DNA of 64,000 nt, from IMG/VR virus record IMGVR_UViG_3300037235_000042, positions 1 to 64,000 of that record; one strand, 5' to 3'. Source of the stretch: a virus. Below, in pieces: positions 19,354 through 27,604 of this stretch. Position 1 is the stretch's first letter, and each line of letters starts with the position of its first letter. Below the pieces are notes generated by a model. It saw nothing but the letters and a program-made list of their open reading frames with translations. It had not been told where the DNA came from and searched no databases. The position numbers and the translations under genes were made by a program.

Positions 19354-19565
19354 GGTGACGGAATAATCTTCTGTTGCATATCGCGTTCTTGCTGGCGTCC
19401 CCGGTCTACCGCATCCATCAACCTTTGCGCGAGGCCGCTGTTGATGAGGATGTGAAGATTGGTGATCTTGTCCCGGTTGATGACTCCGAGAATAAGCGCT
19501 CCCGCTCCCATGATCGTAGGCGGAGTAGCAGCGATCAGCGCGACCTTGATGGCTTCTGAGATCAT
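19350..19565 (-). CDS. small membrane protein, holin-like
   Basis: N-terminal TM segment followed by a charged tail; lies upstream of putative lysins. Confidence 0.5.
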   Translation of the reverse strand: MISEAIKVALIAATPPTIMGAGALILGVINRDKITNLHILINSGLAQRLMDAVDRGRQQERDMQQKIIPSP

Positions 19566-19651
19566 GTAATTAGTAAACCTATGGTAGAATAAAAAGGCGG
19601 TTCACTGTTGAGAGTGAATCCGCCCAACACCGATGCCATAGGAGGGCAGCG

Positions 19652-20139
19652 ATGTCCAATCTCAAGTCTACCACCGAAACCTGTTACGAATTTCTCATTC
19701 GCACAATCCTTGAACATGCGGAAGGATCGAATCCCGATGCTTGTCTGCTTTGGCCCTTCAACAAAAGCAAAGAGGGCTACGGCAAACTCAAGCATGATGG
19801 AAAACATTATCGTGCCCACAGGGTTGCCTACAGATTGGCGAATGGAGGAGAAGCAATGCTCAAGGTGCTTCATCGTTGTGATAACCCTCTTGTTACAATC
19901 CCAAGCATCTTTTTGAGGGAACTCAGAAAGATAATTGTATGGACTGTTATGCCAAGGGCCGAGGACGCCAAGGGGAAACGGCGAAACAACGTCATTCTCA
20001 CTGAAGAACAAGTTCGAGAGATAAGAGCTACTTATAAGAGCCATGCCCCTATGACCCCGAACTTGCCAAAAAGTTTGGCGTCTGTCGTGGTGCCATTTAC
20101 GCCGTGGTAGCTAGGATTAATTGGAAACATATACCGTAA
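19652..20139 (+). pseudogene. frameshifted HNH endonuclease
   Basis: CLLWP, GYG, RAHRVAY, VLHRCDNP; continues in a shifted frame CYNPKHLFEGTQKDN, returns for LTEEQVREIR, shifts again for ELAKKFGV...NWKHIP*. Confidence 0.8.
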
Positions 20140-20153
20140 GTTATTGAAAACAA

Positions 20154-20387
20154 TCATCGTGGCGGGCGATCCCCGTTATCAGGCTTAAGCACCCAGTCTG
20201 TCGCCTGCGCGTCCTGCTTCGACAACGTGTATATTCCCTGATTCGTGGTCGTCCACAGGTCTACCGTTCCGTCATCGTTGGCGATTGCCTGATCCAGCGG
20301 CCAGGACTCCCGCCATGCGATCTGCGGTGATCCTCCGTCCGATCCCCCGCCGTTCTGTACCTCGTTATAAGCTTGAGTTCCGTTCAT
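20154..20387 (-). CDS. DUF2829/Tad2-like small protein (possible cyclic-nucleotide sponge)
   Basis: GGAGG RBS, ATGA overlap; MN..QA...V.NG...AWRESW...Y.LS..D..ATDW pattern. Confidence 0.5.
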   Translation of the reverse strand: MNGTQAYNEVQNGGGSDGGSPQIAWRESWPLDQAIANDDGTVDLWTTTNQGIYTLSKQDAQATDWVLKPDNGDRPPR

Positions 20388-20971
20388 TTCCTTTCCTCCC
20401 TGAAGTCGATAAACTTCGCTGTTCCCGGATAACGATCCACTGTCCATCCGGTTCGCTCCTGATCCGCGAAACTGTTCCCGCAACTCAACAACTCAACCGT
20501 GACGTCGACTGACATGCCAGGATCCAGATCCGCATGAGGTTCCTCACATTCCTTCCATAAATAAGCTCTCCCTGCTTGACCCGCGATTGGTTGTTTACTA
20601 ACCGGGTCGATCTCCTGAACCCAATAGTTATAAGAGTCGATCTTCTTCAACACATGCATGGTGTAACTGGTCACAGGATGAACCTTCTGTGTCGCCAGAT
20701 ACAGTCTATCAACGCCGATCCCGGCCAAAAACGCGATCAGGCTAACAATCGCCAGACTGGTTTCCCGGATCTCGGTCATAATCTTCACGTACAACAGGCT
20801 AATTGGCATCTTCCATTGCTCTGACTTTCCGCTCCAGTTCCTCCACTCTTTTTTCAAGTGTATCCCGGCGGTTAACAGAACGAAACAACAGCCAGCCCAG
20901 CAGGCCAACCAGCCAGCGTAGGACCATACTACCTCTATCCATGTATTCATTATTAATAACTCCAGCCACAT
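20384..20971 (-). CDS. membrane protein
   Basis: Two hydrophobic segments; AGGAG RBS. Confidence 0.6.
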   Translation of the reverse strand: MWLELLIMNTWIEVVWSYAGWLACWAGCCFVLLTAGIHLKKEWRNWSGKSEQWKMPISLLYVKIMTEIRETSLAIVSLIAFLAGIGVDRLYLATQKVHPVTSYTMHVLKKIDSYNYWVQEIDPVSKQPIAGQAGRAYLWKECEEPHADLDPGMSVDVTVELLSCGNSFADQERTGWTVDRYPGTAKFIDFREERK

Positions 20972-20984
20972 ATTTACTCCTGAA

Positions 20985-21416
20985 TTAGGATGATTTCGGA
21001 GGCTGGTTAGTTGCGCTCGGGGGCGTGGTCCCAGCCCCAGATCCAGTCTCGGTCGTGGTGGTAATGGTAGAAGTCTGTTTGATTCCGGCGTCGACTTTTT
21101 GAATCGTGCTTTCCGTCTTCTCGGTGATGACTACTTTATCCGGCGCTCCATGAAGCTGAAGGAACTCGAACATCCGATATCCTCCCTGGAACAGGAACAT
21201 CACGCCCATTAGTTTAAGTGTATTACCCACGCCGTTGGTCAGGTTGAAACGGTCTGGGGCGATTCCCATTCCTGCCATGGCCGCGACCATAGATGATGAC
21301 CCTCCACTGATAAAGGAACGCATGATCCCCAGCCACCAGGAAGGCCAGTCGTAGGCTTGGGCATTTTTGAACGCCGCCATCATCATCATTTTCAAGGCTC
21401 CTTTAATAAGCTTCAC
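20985..21416 (-). CDS. membrane protein, possible holin
   Basis: Two hydrophobic helices, hydrophilic tail; true start may be the MMMM run. Confidence 0.55.
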   Translation of the reverse strand: MKLIKGALKMMMMAAFKNAQAYDWPSWWLGIMRSFISGGSSSMVAAMAGMGIAPDRFNLTNGVGNTLKLMGVMFLFQGGYRMFEFLQLHGAPDKVVITEKTESTIQKVDAGIKQTSTITTTTETGSGAGTTPPSATNQPPKSS

Positions 21417-24400
21417 AACTGAACGAGATCACGTCTCCACTGACGTTCCCGGCTGGCAGGGTAAGCGATCCCGTCGTGGTCGAGTGAGCGCTCTGGTAGA
21501 TGCCGTTCCCGGCGGCTGTAGTCTCGTCTGCGCCATCGCAGTGCCAGCCATTGTTGGCCGTTATGGGATTAGCTCCTCCGATAGTTATCACTACCGTACA
21601 CGCCCCGGAAACGCCGGTCTTGAAGCTGCCATTAGCAGCCCCGCCGACCAACGTACCGTTAGTGCAACCAGAAGCGGTGAACTGAGAACCAGTTGATTGG
21701 ATCCCGCCTACCTGCCATAGTCCTGGGGTGCCGTTGAAAGCTCCTGATTGTTCGTAATGGACGACGGTACATCCGGCGGCAGGACAGCCTGATCCAGCTG
21801 CGGTTATAGTCTGACCGCCAGGGGAATCGTCTTGGAGTATCTTCTGGCTGTTCCCGATAACGCTGATGTTATCAGCCATGCTGCCGGTTACGCCGCTGTA
21901 GAAGTGAACCGGGGCTACGTTGGTCGCACCGCCTTGATTGGCGGTTGAGACATTCCGGACCACATAACCATTGCCGCCGTTGGTCTGGCCAAGATCTAAG
22001 CCGCGTTCGGTGAACTCGCAGTGCGCGTTGTCGATTTCAATCCGTAGGAACCCGTCATACCAGCCGCAATCATAGAACGTTTCGAGCAGCGAGAGATTCT
22101 TTCCGGTCACAGTCCCTTGATTAAACGCCGTATTGCCAGAGTCGCCTATATTCCCCCTCAGGATGTCATAGCCTTCGAAAGCGAACGGATAAGGTAAAAC
22201 TCCGGAAGAAGATGCGATATAACTCGGCCCGGTAGTAATATCCATCGTTCCGGTTGAGTAATGCGCTGGACCGGCCTCGCCCGTGTAGTTAAACGTCCTG
22301 TCAGTCATCATCCCGGCCATGATTGAAGCCGTAGCGACTTCTGAAGTACAGTTACTACCCGTCCCCGGAGGAGTGCAGCCAATGATTCCGCCGTTGTTAA
22401 AATTCCCTGAGTTCATGGCGACGTGAATACGATGGAAGCCATCGCGTTCCTGTGCGCCGTTCAGCAACAATCCGATAGCTAGTGGCATACCTTCTGGGTC
22501 GATAAAGAAATCCTGTAACTGGCTGCCGAAGGAATTATTCTGATAAGCGTCGTTCGAGACTCCGCCTGCCCAGCTCAGGATTGGAATAGCCGTAGGGTGA
22601 TATAGAGCATAGGTTAATCCAGCGACTCCGGTCGGGCAGACGACGCCGGGGTTATTTCCTTCACTTCCCCAGTTGCCCGATACGGTTAAGGAAGTAGTTG
22701 AATTAACCGCCGTGATCAGGGCTGAGCATGCGTTGGTCGCGTTAGGGCAGGTCGCTCCATGGCTGCTCGACGTCGCGCAACTGGTCAGATAGCCTCCGAC
22801 CATGGCTGAGGTCCAAGTCGTTCCAACTCCGGTGACGGTTGGGTTGTTTCCGGAAGCGACGGAAATCGTCCCGGTCGTATAAGGAGAGCCATCTAGAAAT
22901 GGACCGCCGACTGATCGAGTAGCGGTCGTAGGGAATTGCGGGAAGCCTGCAGGCCCGCAGGTCAGTCCAGAATTCTGCGGAGCGTAGCAGACAATAAGCG
23001 CTGTCCCAATTGGCCCCTTGGATGCGCCGGAGGTCACGCCAATCCACTGGTGAGCGCCGACCGTAGTCGTCCAGGGAGCGCTGGTAATAATCCAGTAATT
23101 TCCCCAGAGAATCACGGATTGGAAGCCTTGTCCGAGTCCGGCGGAGATGTCTGAGTTACTGAAGACGCACTGTTGAAACGCTCCTCCACCAGGGCAATAG
23201 GTTCCACCTGTCGAGGCGAACGCTCCAGGGTTCCGGGCGTCGATAATCGTCCCGGATCCAAGGTTAGATTGCAGAGTAGCTAGAGCTGCTGCGAAGTCGG
23301 CGGTTGCTACAGGTAACGTGCCGCATAAGGCAACCGTACAATCCCTGACGTCGAACGCCTGTTTGCTTTGCGCGAAGTAGGTCGTTCCCGGCCCGTTGGC
23401 AGCAGGAACTTGACCAGAAGCGCTTGCGGTAGGCAGACCGCTGACCGTGTTCAGCGCTGTGTATTCCGTGTAGCTCGCGCTGTCTAGATATTCCGTGACC
23501 GTTTTGGAATTCCCGGCGATGTCGATCTGGAACTGGAAACCCGTGTCTGATCCCCAGCCGCTAGGTAATCCGCCCGCTGAAGTCGGGCCGGTATTAAACA
23601 GGGTATTGATCCCGTCCACGGTGATGCTGTCGTAATATTCACAAGGATAAGCGTTGTGGTTCACCGGATTCGTGCAACCGTTCGTGTCTCCGGCTATTCG
23701 GTGAACGTTCTCTGTGATGGTGTGCCAGCCTGGGGTATTGTTAAGCAACGCACAAGTGACAGGAGTTGTGATCCAGGCTCCGCCGACTCCGGCTGTTCCT
23801 TGCTGGAAGATATCCCAGAACCCTCCATTACATTGGCTGCCGAACATGAATTCCGTACAGGTATAGGTGCTACAAGTTTGCCCCGGTGGGGCTGACACGA
23901 AGATGAACTGATCGAATTCTAAAGCCGAAGCGTTCCCCCAGTTTCCAGGGTTATAAACGGAAACCGTAAACGACTGAGCTACGATAGCTGCAGATTGGGC
24001 TTGGCTGTCGTGAGTTTTATAAGTAGCGAGGATGTTGGTTTGATTGCCTGAGCCGGTCGAGATGGAAGTTTCCGAGAATTCAATGCAACTCCCGTCCGCG
24101 CAAGGAGGAGTAGTGCTGATCTCGCTGAAGATGTGCGAGGCCGGAGCTACGTTTCCCCCCGGACTTCCCCCGCTACACATGCCGATATAACATATCCCCC
24201 AGGTAGAAGTCGCATCGTCGATATTGGGGAAAGTCTTGGAAGATGATCCTCCGCCGCCCGTGCCCCCGCTTCCATTGATCAACCCACCCCACATTCCGTT
24301 GTAGTAACCACAGTCCTGTCCGGTTACGGCTTGAGGAACGAGGAAGCCTGGAGTCGTGTTGGTCGATGCTGTACAGCTGGGATTACAGTCGAGACATTGA

Positions 24401-25245
24401 ACCACGGTGCCGTTCGGTGGGCTAACCGGCAAAGTGGCGAAGGTGACAGCGGATCCGGGAAGGATCAACCCGTCCGAACCACCGAAGGTGAAGAACCCTG
24501 GATTGGTGCTAGTGTCTAGTTGAGGATTGCTGTTCGTCAAGGTCGTCCCGCTGGCGGCTTGGGGGAAGACTCCAGTGCTCAGCCCGGTGATCGGCTGAGG
24601 CGTACAGGTCCAGTTGGTCCCGTTCCACGAGGGGAGACTGGGCGTCGGACAGCCTTGAGGGAGTTGATAAGCGCTCAGAATAGCTAGAGTTCCACTGCCG
24701 GTTATGGTCCCGCCCGATAATCCGGTTCCGCCAGTAATACTGGTAACCGCCGGACAGCTGACTTCTTCAACGCCGCCGGAAGGATTAGTCCATGTGCAAC
24801 CGTTGGCGTTGGTGAAGTTCAGCGTAGGTTGCGTAGCGTTAGGTGTGCTATTGGTTTGGATAGAAATATTGCCAGTGGCGTTCTGTGCAGTGACAAAATA
24901 GGAATAGACAACGTTATTCGTAACAGTGATCTGAACTATGTAATTTCCCGGAGAGACAAAGAAGCTGTAATTTGCGTATTGGTCTGTAGTATAAGGGTTG
25001 GACGCAGCTTGGGTTAACCCAGCATCTAGGTACAAGGATGCCAATGGGGAACAGGGAGTTCCAGCTCCACCAGTGTAGGAACATACCCGAACGCTAGCGA
25101 AAGCTGCAGGCCCACCTGAACCGACTGGAGGTGGTGGTTGGATCACTTGACCGCTGATTGCTCCGGATTGGCCGAACGCTGCTGAGGACACCAGTAGTAG
25201 CAACAGGATCAGCTGGATCTTTGAGCTTTGACGCAGAGCGAGCAT
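21403..25245 (-). CDS. large fibre/spike-like protein with signal peptide, lectin-like and beta-helix regions
   Basis: 1280 aa, G/T/S/N- and Cys-rich; tailspike-type N-terminal head (SLYLDAGLTQAASNPYTTDQYANYSFF); LLLLLVSSAAFG/Q. Confidence 0.7.
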   Translation of the reverse strand: MLALRQSSKIQLILLLLLVSSAAFGQSGAISGQVIQPPPPVGSGGPAAFASVRVCSYTGGAGTPCSPLASLYLDAGLTQAASNPYTTDQYANYSFFVSPGNYIVQITVTNNVVYSYFVTAQNATGNISIQTNSTPNATQPTLNFTNANGCTWTNPSGGVEEVSCPAVTSITGGTGLSGGTITGSGTLAILSAYQLPQGCPTPSLPSWNGTNWTCTPQPITGLSTGVFPQAASGTTLTNSNPQLDTSTNPGFFTFGGSDGLILPGSAVTFATLPVSPPNGTVVQCLDCNPSCTASTNTTPGFLVPQAVTGQDCGYYNGMWGGLINGSGGTGGGGSSSKTFPNIDDATSTWGICYIGMCSGGSPGGNVAPASHIFSEISTTPPCADGSCIEFSETSISTGSGNQTNILATYKTHDSQAQSAAIVAQSFTVSVYNPGNWGNASALEFDQFIFVSAPPGQTCSTYTCTEFMFGSQCNGGFWDIFQQGTAGVGGAWITTPVTCALLNNTPGWHTITENVHRIAGDTNGCTNPVNHNAYPCEYYDSITVDGINTLFNTGPTSAGGLPSGWGSDTGFQFQIDIAGNSKTVTEYLDSASYTEYTALNTVSGLPTASASGQVPAANGPGTTYFAQSKQAFDVRDCTVALCGTLPVATADFAAALATLQSNLGSGTIIDARNPGAFASTGGTYCPGGGAFQQCVFSNSDISAGLGQGFQSVILWGNYWIITSAPWTTTVGAHQWIGVTSGASKGPIGTALIVCYAPQNSGLTCGPAGFPQFPTTATRSVGGPFLDGSPYTTGTISVASGNNPTVTGVGTTWTSAMVGGYLTSCATSSSHGATCPNATNACSALITAVNSTTSLTVSGNWGSEGNNPGVVCPTGVAGLTYALYHPTAIPILSWAGGVSNDAYQNNSFGSQLQDFFIDPEGMPLAIGLLLNGAQERDGFHRIHVAMNSGNFNNGGIIGCTPPGTGSNCTSEVATASIMAGMMTDRTFNYTGEAGPAHYSTGTMDITTGPSYIASSSGVLPYPFAFEGYDILRGNIGDSGNTAFNQGTVTGKNLSLLETFYDCGWYDGFLRIEIDNAHCEFTERGLDLGQTNGGNGYVVRNVSTANQGGATNVAPVHFYSGVTGSMADNISVIGNSQKILQDDSPGGQTITAAGSGCPAAGCTVVHYEQSGAFNGTPGLWQVGGIQSTGSQFTASGCTNGTLVGGAANGSFKTGVSGACTVVITIGGANPITANNGWHCDGADETTAAGNGIYQSAHSTTTGSLTLPAGNVSGDVISFSCEAY

Positions 25246-25478
25246 ATGATCGGATTCTCTTCCCCTTCCCGGAAGACCTTGTCGCGGAACCTACATTCCC
25301 CAATAACCAAATCCCTCCCGCACGGACAGCTCCCCTTCTGCTTCCGGTACTGCTCCATCAACCGTTCGTTCTTCGCCGTCCACCCAGCCGGGCTGTGCAG
25401 AAAAGTTTCCTGGCCAAATCTCCTTTTCGTCTCGCGAATCTTCTTGGGCGGAGTGAACCTGACGCGATGAGCCCTCAC
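25209..25478 (-). CDS. small basic Cys-containing protein
   Basis: CPC..CSLC; upstream of the fibre gene. Confidence 0.4.
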   Translation of the reverse strand: MRAHRVRFTPPKKIRETKRRFGQETFLHSPAGWTAKNERLMEQYRKQKGSCPCGRDLVIGECRFRDKVFREGEENPIICSLCVKAQRSS

Positions 25479-25662
25479 GAGTGGAAGTTTAGCGAATGGA
25501 ACAGATGGAAGACAGGAGGAATGAAAAATTATGTTGACTTCTTGGTCAGGAATATGACAGGATACAAAACGTCACCGACCAGTAGACCGTACGAAGCGGC
25601 GAGGGGAGGGGAGGTTTTCCAGCCGTCACCCTGGAAGACCTCCCCCGGCGAGTTCAAGTTAA

Positions 25663-25761
25663 ATGATCAATTTTACGAAATCCTCGACTTCCGTTCTATC
25701 AAGCTTAAGTTCAAGCTTGCGACTCAGTCCGTTGTCCTCGCGACTGAGTTATTTATCCTAA
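25663..25761 (+). CDS. leader peptide A (32 aa, Ser/Leu/Tyr-rich) before the Leu/Ser/Tyr tRNA array
   Basis: MINFTKSSTSVLSSLSSSLRLSPLSSRLSYLS*: 13 Ser, 7 Leu, 1 Tyr; ends 9 nt before tRNA-Leu. Confidence 0.75.
   Translation: MINFTKSSTSVLSSLSSSLRLSPLSSRLSYLS
25721..25756 (+). terminator. terminator-like hairpin inside leader A
   Basis: GACTCAGTC / GACTGAGTT stem followed by ATTTAT (weak U tract). Confidence 0.5.
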
Positions 25762-25770
25762 GCACAATTT

Positions 25771-25855
25771 AGGCCCGTGGGCTAATAGGGAATGGCAGAC
25801 CTTTCAGGCTCAAAATCTGAGACCCTTGAGAGTTCAAGTCTCTCCGGGCCTACCA
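25771..25855 (+). tRNA. tRNA-Leu(CAA), short variable arm, enlarged D region
   Basis: AGGCCCG/CGGGCCT-A-CCA; TCAGG CT CAA AA TCTGA; GAGAG TTCAAGT CTCTC. Confidence 0.8.
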
Positions 25856-25861
25856 AGTTTA

Positions 25862-25877
25862 GATCTTTGACAATTTA
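25862..25877 (+). promoter_or_regulatory. rrn boxA-like antitermination element
   Basis: GATCTTTGACAATTTA; shares TCTTTGACAATTTA with the - strand copy near 29774-29790. Confidence 0.6.
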
Positions 25878-25880
25878 AAC

Positions 25881-25971
25881 GGAGAGATGGGTGAACGGGA
25901 AAACCGCCTGTTTGCTAAACAGGAGCTACCCGAAAGGGGGCACGCGAGGTCAGCACTCGCTCTCTCCGCCA
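25881..25971 (+). tRNA. tRNA-Ser(GCT)
   Basis: GGAGAGA/TCTCTCC-G-CCA; CCTGT TT GCT AA ACAGG; long variable arm. Confidence 0.88.
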
Positions 25972-25972
25972 C

Positions 25973-26067
25973 GGTGGGATGGACGAGATGCTAAAGTCAC
26001 CAGTCTTGAAAACTGGCGTGTCCGTCGAAAGGCGGCACCGGGGGTTGAATTCCCTCTCCCATCGCCA
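25973..26067 (+). tRNA. tRNA-Ser(TGA)
   Basis: GGTGGGA/TCCCATC-G-CCA; CCAGT CT TGA AA ACTGG; long variable arm. Confidence 0.9.
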
Positions 26068-26095
26068 AGTTTAAAAATGGTATACTTCCGCCATT

Positions 26096-26584
26096 ATGCC
26101 CATGGCTACACTTGAACTGCAGAGAGCCTATATGGCGGAGTGGTACTTGAGGAAGATCAAGCCCCGTCGCGAGAAATGGATAAAGGAAAATGGTCCTTGT
26201 CGTTGCTGTGGGTCATGGAAGAATTTGGAGGTTGATCACAAAGATCCATCCCAAAAAGTTCATCATCGTGTATGGTCATGGTCTGAATTACGAAGACAGG
26301 AAGAATTAAAAAAGTGTCAGGTTCTTTGTCACGACTGTCATCTTAGAAAGACTGTAGTAGATTTACAAGAGATGGATATCAATGCAGATAAACGCAGAAT
26401 CTGTCCTCCCGGAACGGCTTGGTGCTATCGAGGTAAACATTTCGTAGAAGTCCGGTGGTTCAGCAGTGATGCTGCCAAACACGATGGTTTACAGGACGAA
26501 TGTAGAATATGTCGAAGTAAACGAAGAAGTCCAAATGGTAAGCTCGGGCGTGTTGAGATGTTGGGAATCTCAAGCTGGCCGTAA
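26096..26584 (+). CDS. HNH endonuclease inserted in the tRNA array
   Basis: CRCCGS..NLEVDHKDP..K...ELKKCQVLCHDCH. Confidence 0.88.
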   Translation: MPMATLELQRAYMAEWYLRKIKPRREKWIKENGPCRCCGSWKNLEVDHKDPSQKVHHRVWSWSELRRQEELKKCQVLCHDCHLRKTVVDLQEMDINADKRRICPPGTAWCYRGKHFVEVRWFSSDAAKHDGLQDECRICRSKRRSPNGKLGRVEMLGISSWP

Positions 26585-26634
26585 CCCAGTGACGCTTTGT
26601 CGTCTCGGTCGTTCGATTCGATCCACGCCCACCA
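26546..26634 (+). tRNA. tRNA-Tyr(GTA)
   Basis: GGGCGTG/CACGCCC-A-CCA; GCTGG CC GTA AC CCAGT; variable arm; TTCGATT. Confidence 0.85.
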
Positions 26635-26639
26635 AAAAT

Positions 26640-26716
26640 GCCATCCTGCCGCAACTGGAAGACGGACGTGGTTGAGGTCCACGGTTATGTGAGTTCGAGT
26701 CTCACGGATGGCACCA
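26640..26716 (+). tRNA. tRNA-Leu(GAG), short variable arm
   Basis: GCCATCC/GGATGGC-A-CCA; CGTGG TT GAG GT CCACG. Confidence 0.85.
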
Positions 26717-26726
26717 TTTTTTCAGT

Positions 26727-26803
26727 GCCGGAGTATGCAAATAGGAAAAGCAGCTGAGCTTAGACCTCAGTGTTTGGAGGTTCGATTCCTCTCTCCGGTA
26801 CCA
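26727..26803 (+). tRNA. tRNA-Leu(TAG), short variable arm
   Basis: GCCGGAG/CTCCGGT-A-CCA; CTGAG CT TAG AC CTCAG. Confidence 0.85.
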
Positions 26804-26889
26804 ATTTTCTTGAAAATGATCCTAACTGAACATCTTCCTCCTGTTGAAAACCTGCATCATACCTAGGTCCAACAGGAGGCTTTGCTAAA

Positions 26890-27141
26890 ATGTCAACCTT
26901 GAACGCAATTGCTCTACTGGCGTATCGCGTGCCTGACACGTCGACCGGGAATATATTGCACTTCGCTGTCGGGTTCATCGTCATGGTGTGCGTGCTGGCG
27001 ATTGTGATTATTCTGGTCAAGTGGCTGCTCAGTCTTGGCGGGGTCACAATTCCCCAACCCTTGTTGATCTGTTTGGGGATTCTGATTTTTATCGTCTGTA
27101 TGCTGGCGTTGCTTAGCTGGTCGGGGTATTACAGGTTCTGA
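26890..27141 (+). CDS. small two-TM membrane protein
   Basis: AGGAGG RBS; two long hydrophobic helices. Confidence 0.7.
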   Translation: MSTLNAIALLAYRVPDTSTGNILHFAVGFIVMVCVLAIVIILVKWLLSLGGVTIPQPLLICLGILIFIVCMLALLSWSGYYRF

Positions 27142-27167
27142 GAGCTGAAGCTGAGAACTGAGATGAG

Positions 27168-27197
27168 AAATGGCCCTCGATCTATTGAGGACCATTT
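27168..27197. terminator. hairpin between convergent transcription units, possibly bidirectional terminator
   Basis: AAATGG-C-CCTCGA TCTA TTGAGG-A-CCATTT. Confidence 0.5.
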
Positions 27198-27202
27198 CAA
27201 TC

Positions 27203-27278
27203 TGGTAGCGGGAAGAGGATTTGCACCTCTGTCTCGACCTTATGAGGGTCGCGTATCGTCCTACGCTACTATCCCGCA
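27203..27278 (-). tRNA. tRNA-Met(CAT), initiator-like acceptor stem
   Basis: TGCGGGA/TCCCGCT-A-CCA with 1:72 mismatch; CGACC CT CAT AA GGTCG. Confidence 0.8.
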
Positions 27279-27285
27279 ACACTTG

Positions 27286-27588
27286 TTAAGCCGCGTCCAG
27301 CTTCTTGTTCAACTTCGCCAGTTCAGCGTTGATCTCGGCCTTGCGTTCAACCGTAGTCTTCAAGCTGTCCTTGCGAGCCAGCAGTTCCTTCCGACGCGCT
27401 TCCAGCCGGTCGTGGTTCTTGGCCAGGATCTGACGATCCAAGCTCTTGCTCTGGGCCTCGATCCACTCAGGCAGTTCCACATCCTGTTCGATGTACTCAG
27501 TTACGAGTCCACGAGCGAATGCACGTAGAGAGACCATTTCATCAATGGACGCTCTGTTGTGGTCGAAATTCTTTAGCAACTCCAGCAC
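27286..27588 (-). CDS. coiled-coil hypothetical protein co-transcribed with the TROVE gene
   Basis: AAGGAG RBS, GTG start 16 nt after the TROVE stop. Confidence 0.7.
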   Translation of the reverse strand: MLELLKNFDHNRASIDEMVSLRAFARGLVTEYIEQDVELPEWIEAQSKSLDRQILAKNHDRLEARRKELLARKDSLKTTVERKAEINAELAKLNKKLDAA

Positions 27589-27604
27589 GGGTCAGTTCTC
27601 CTTT

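Noticed and set aside
19562-20044. 160-aa - strand ORF
   Set aside because: Antisense shadow of the HNH pseudogene
25158-25772. 204-aa + strand ORF
   Set aside because: Antisense to real genes and runs across promoter and hairpin DNA; the small leader ORF in another frame explains the region better
27139-27167. Degenerate CTGAG/CTGAA repeats (and the 8-mer repeat at 2938) as CRISPR or iteron arrays
   Set aside because: Too short, no spacers, no cas genes; no CRISPR array was seen in the window
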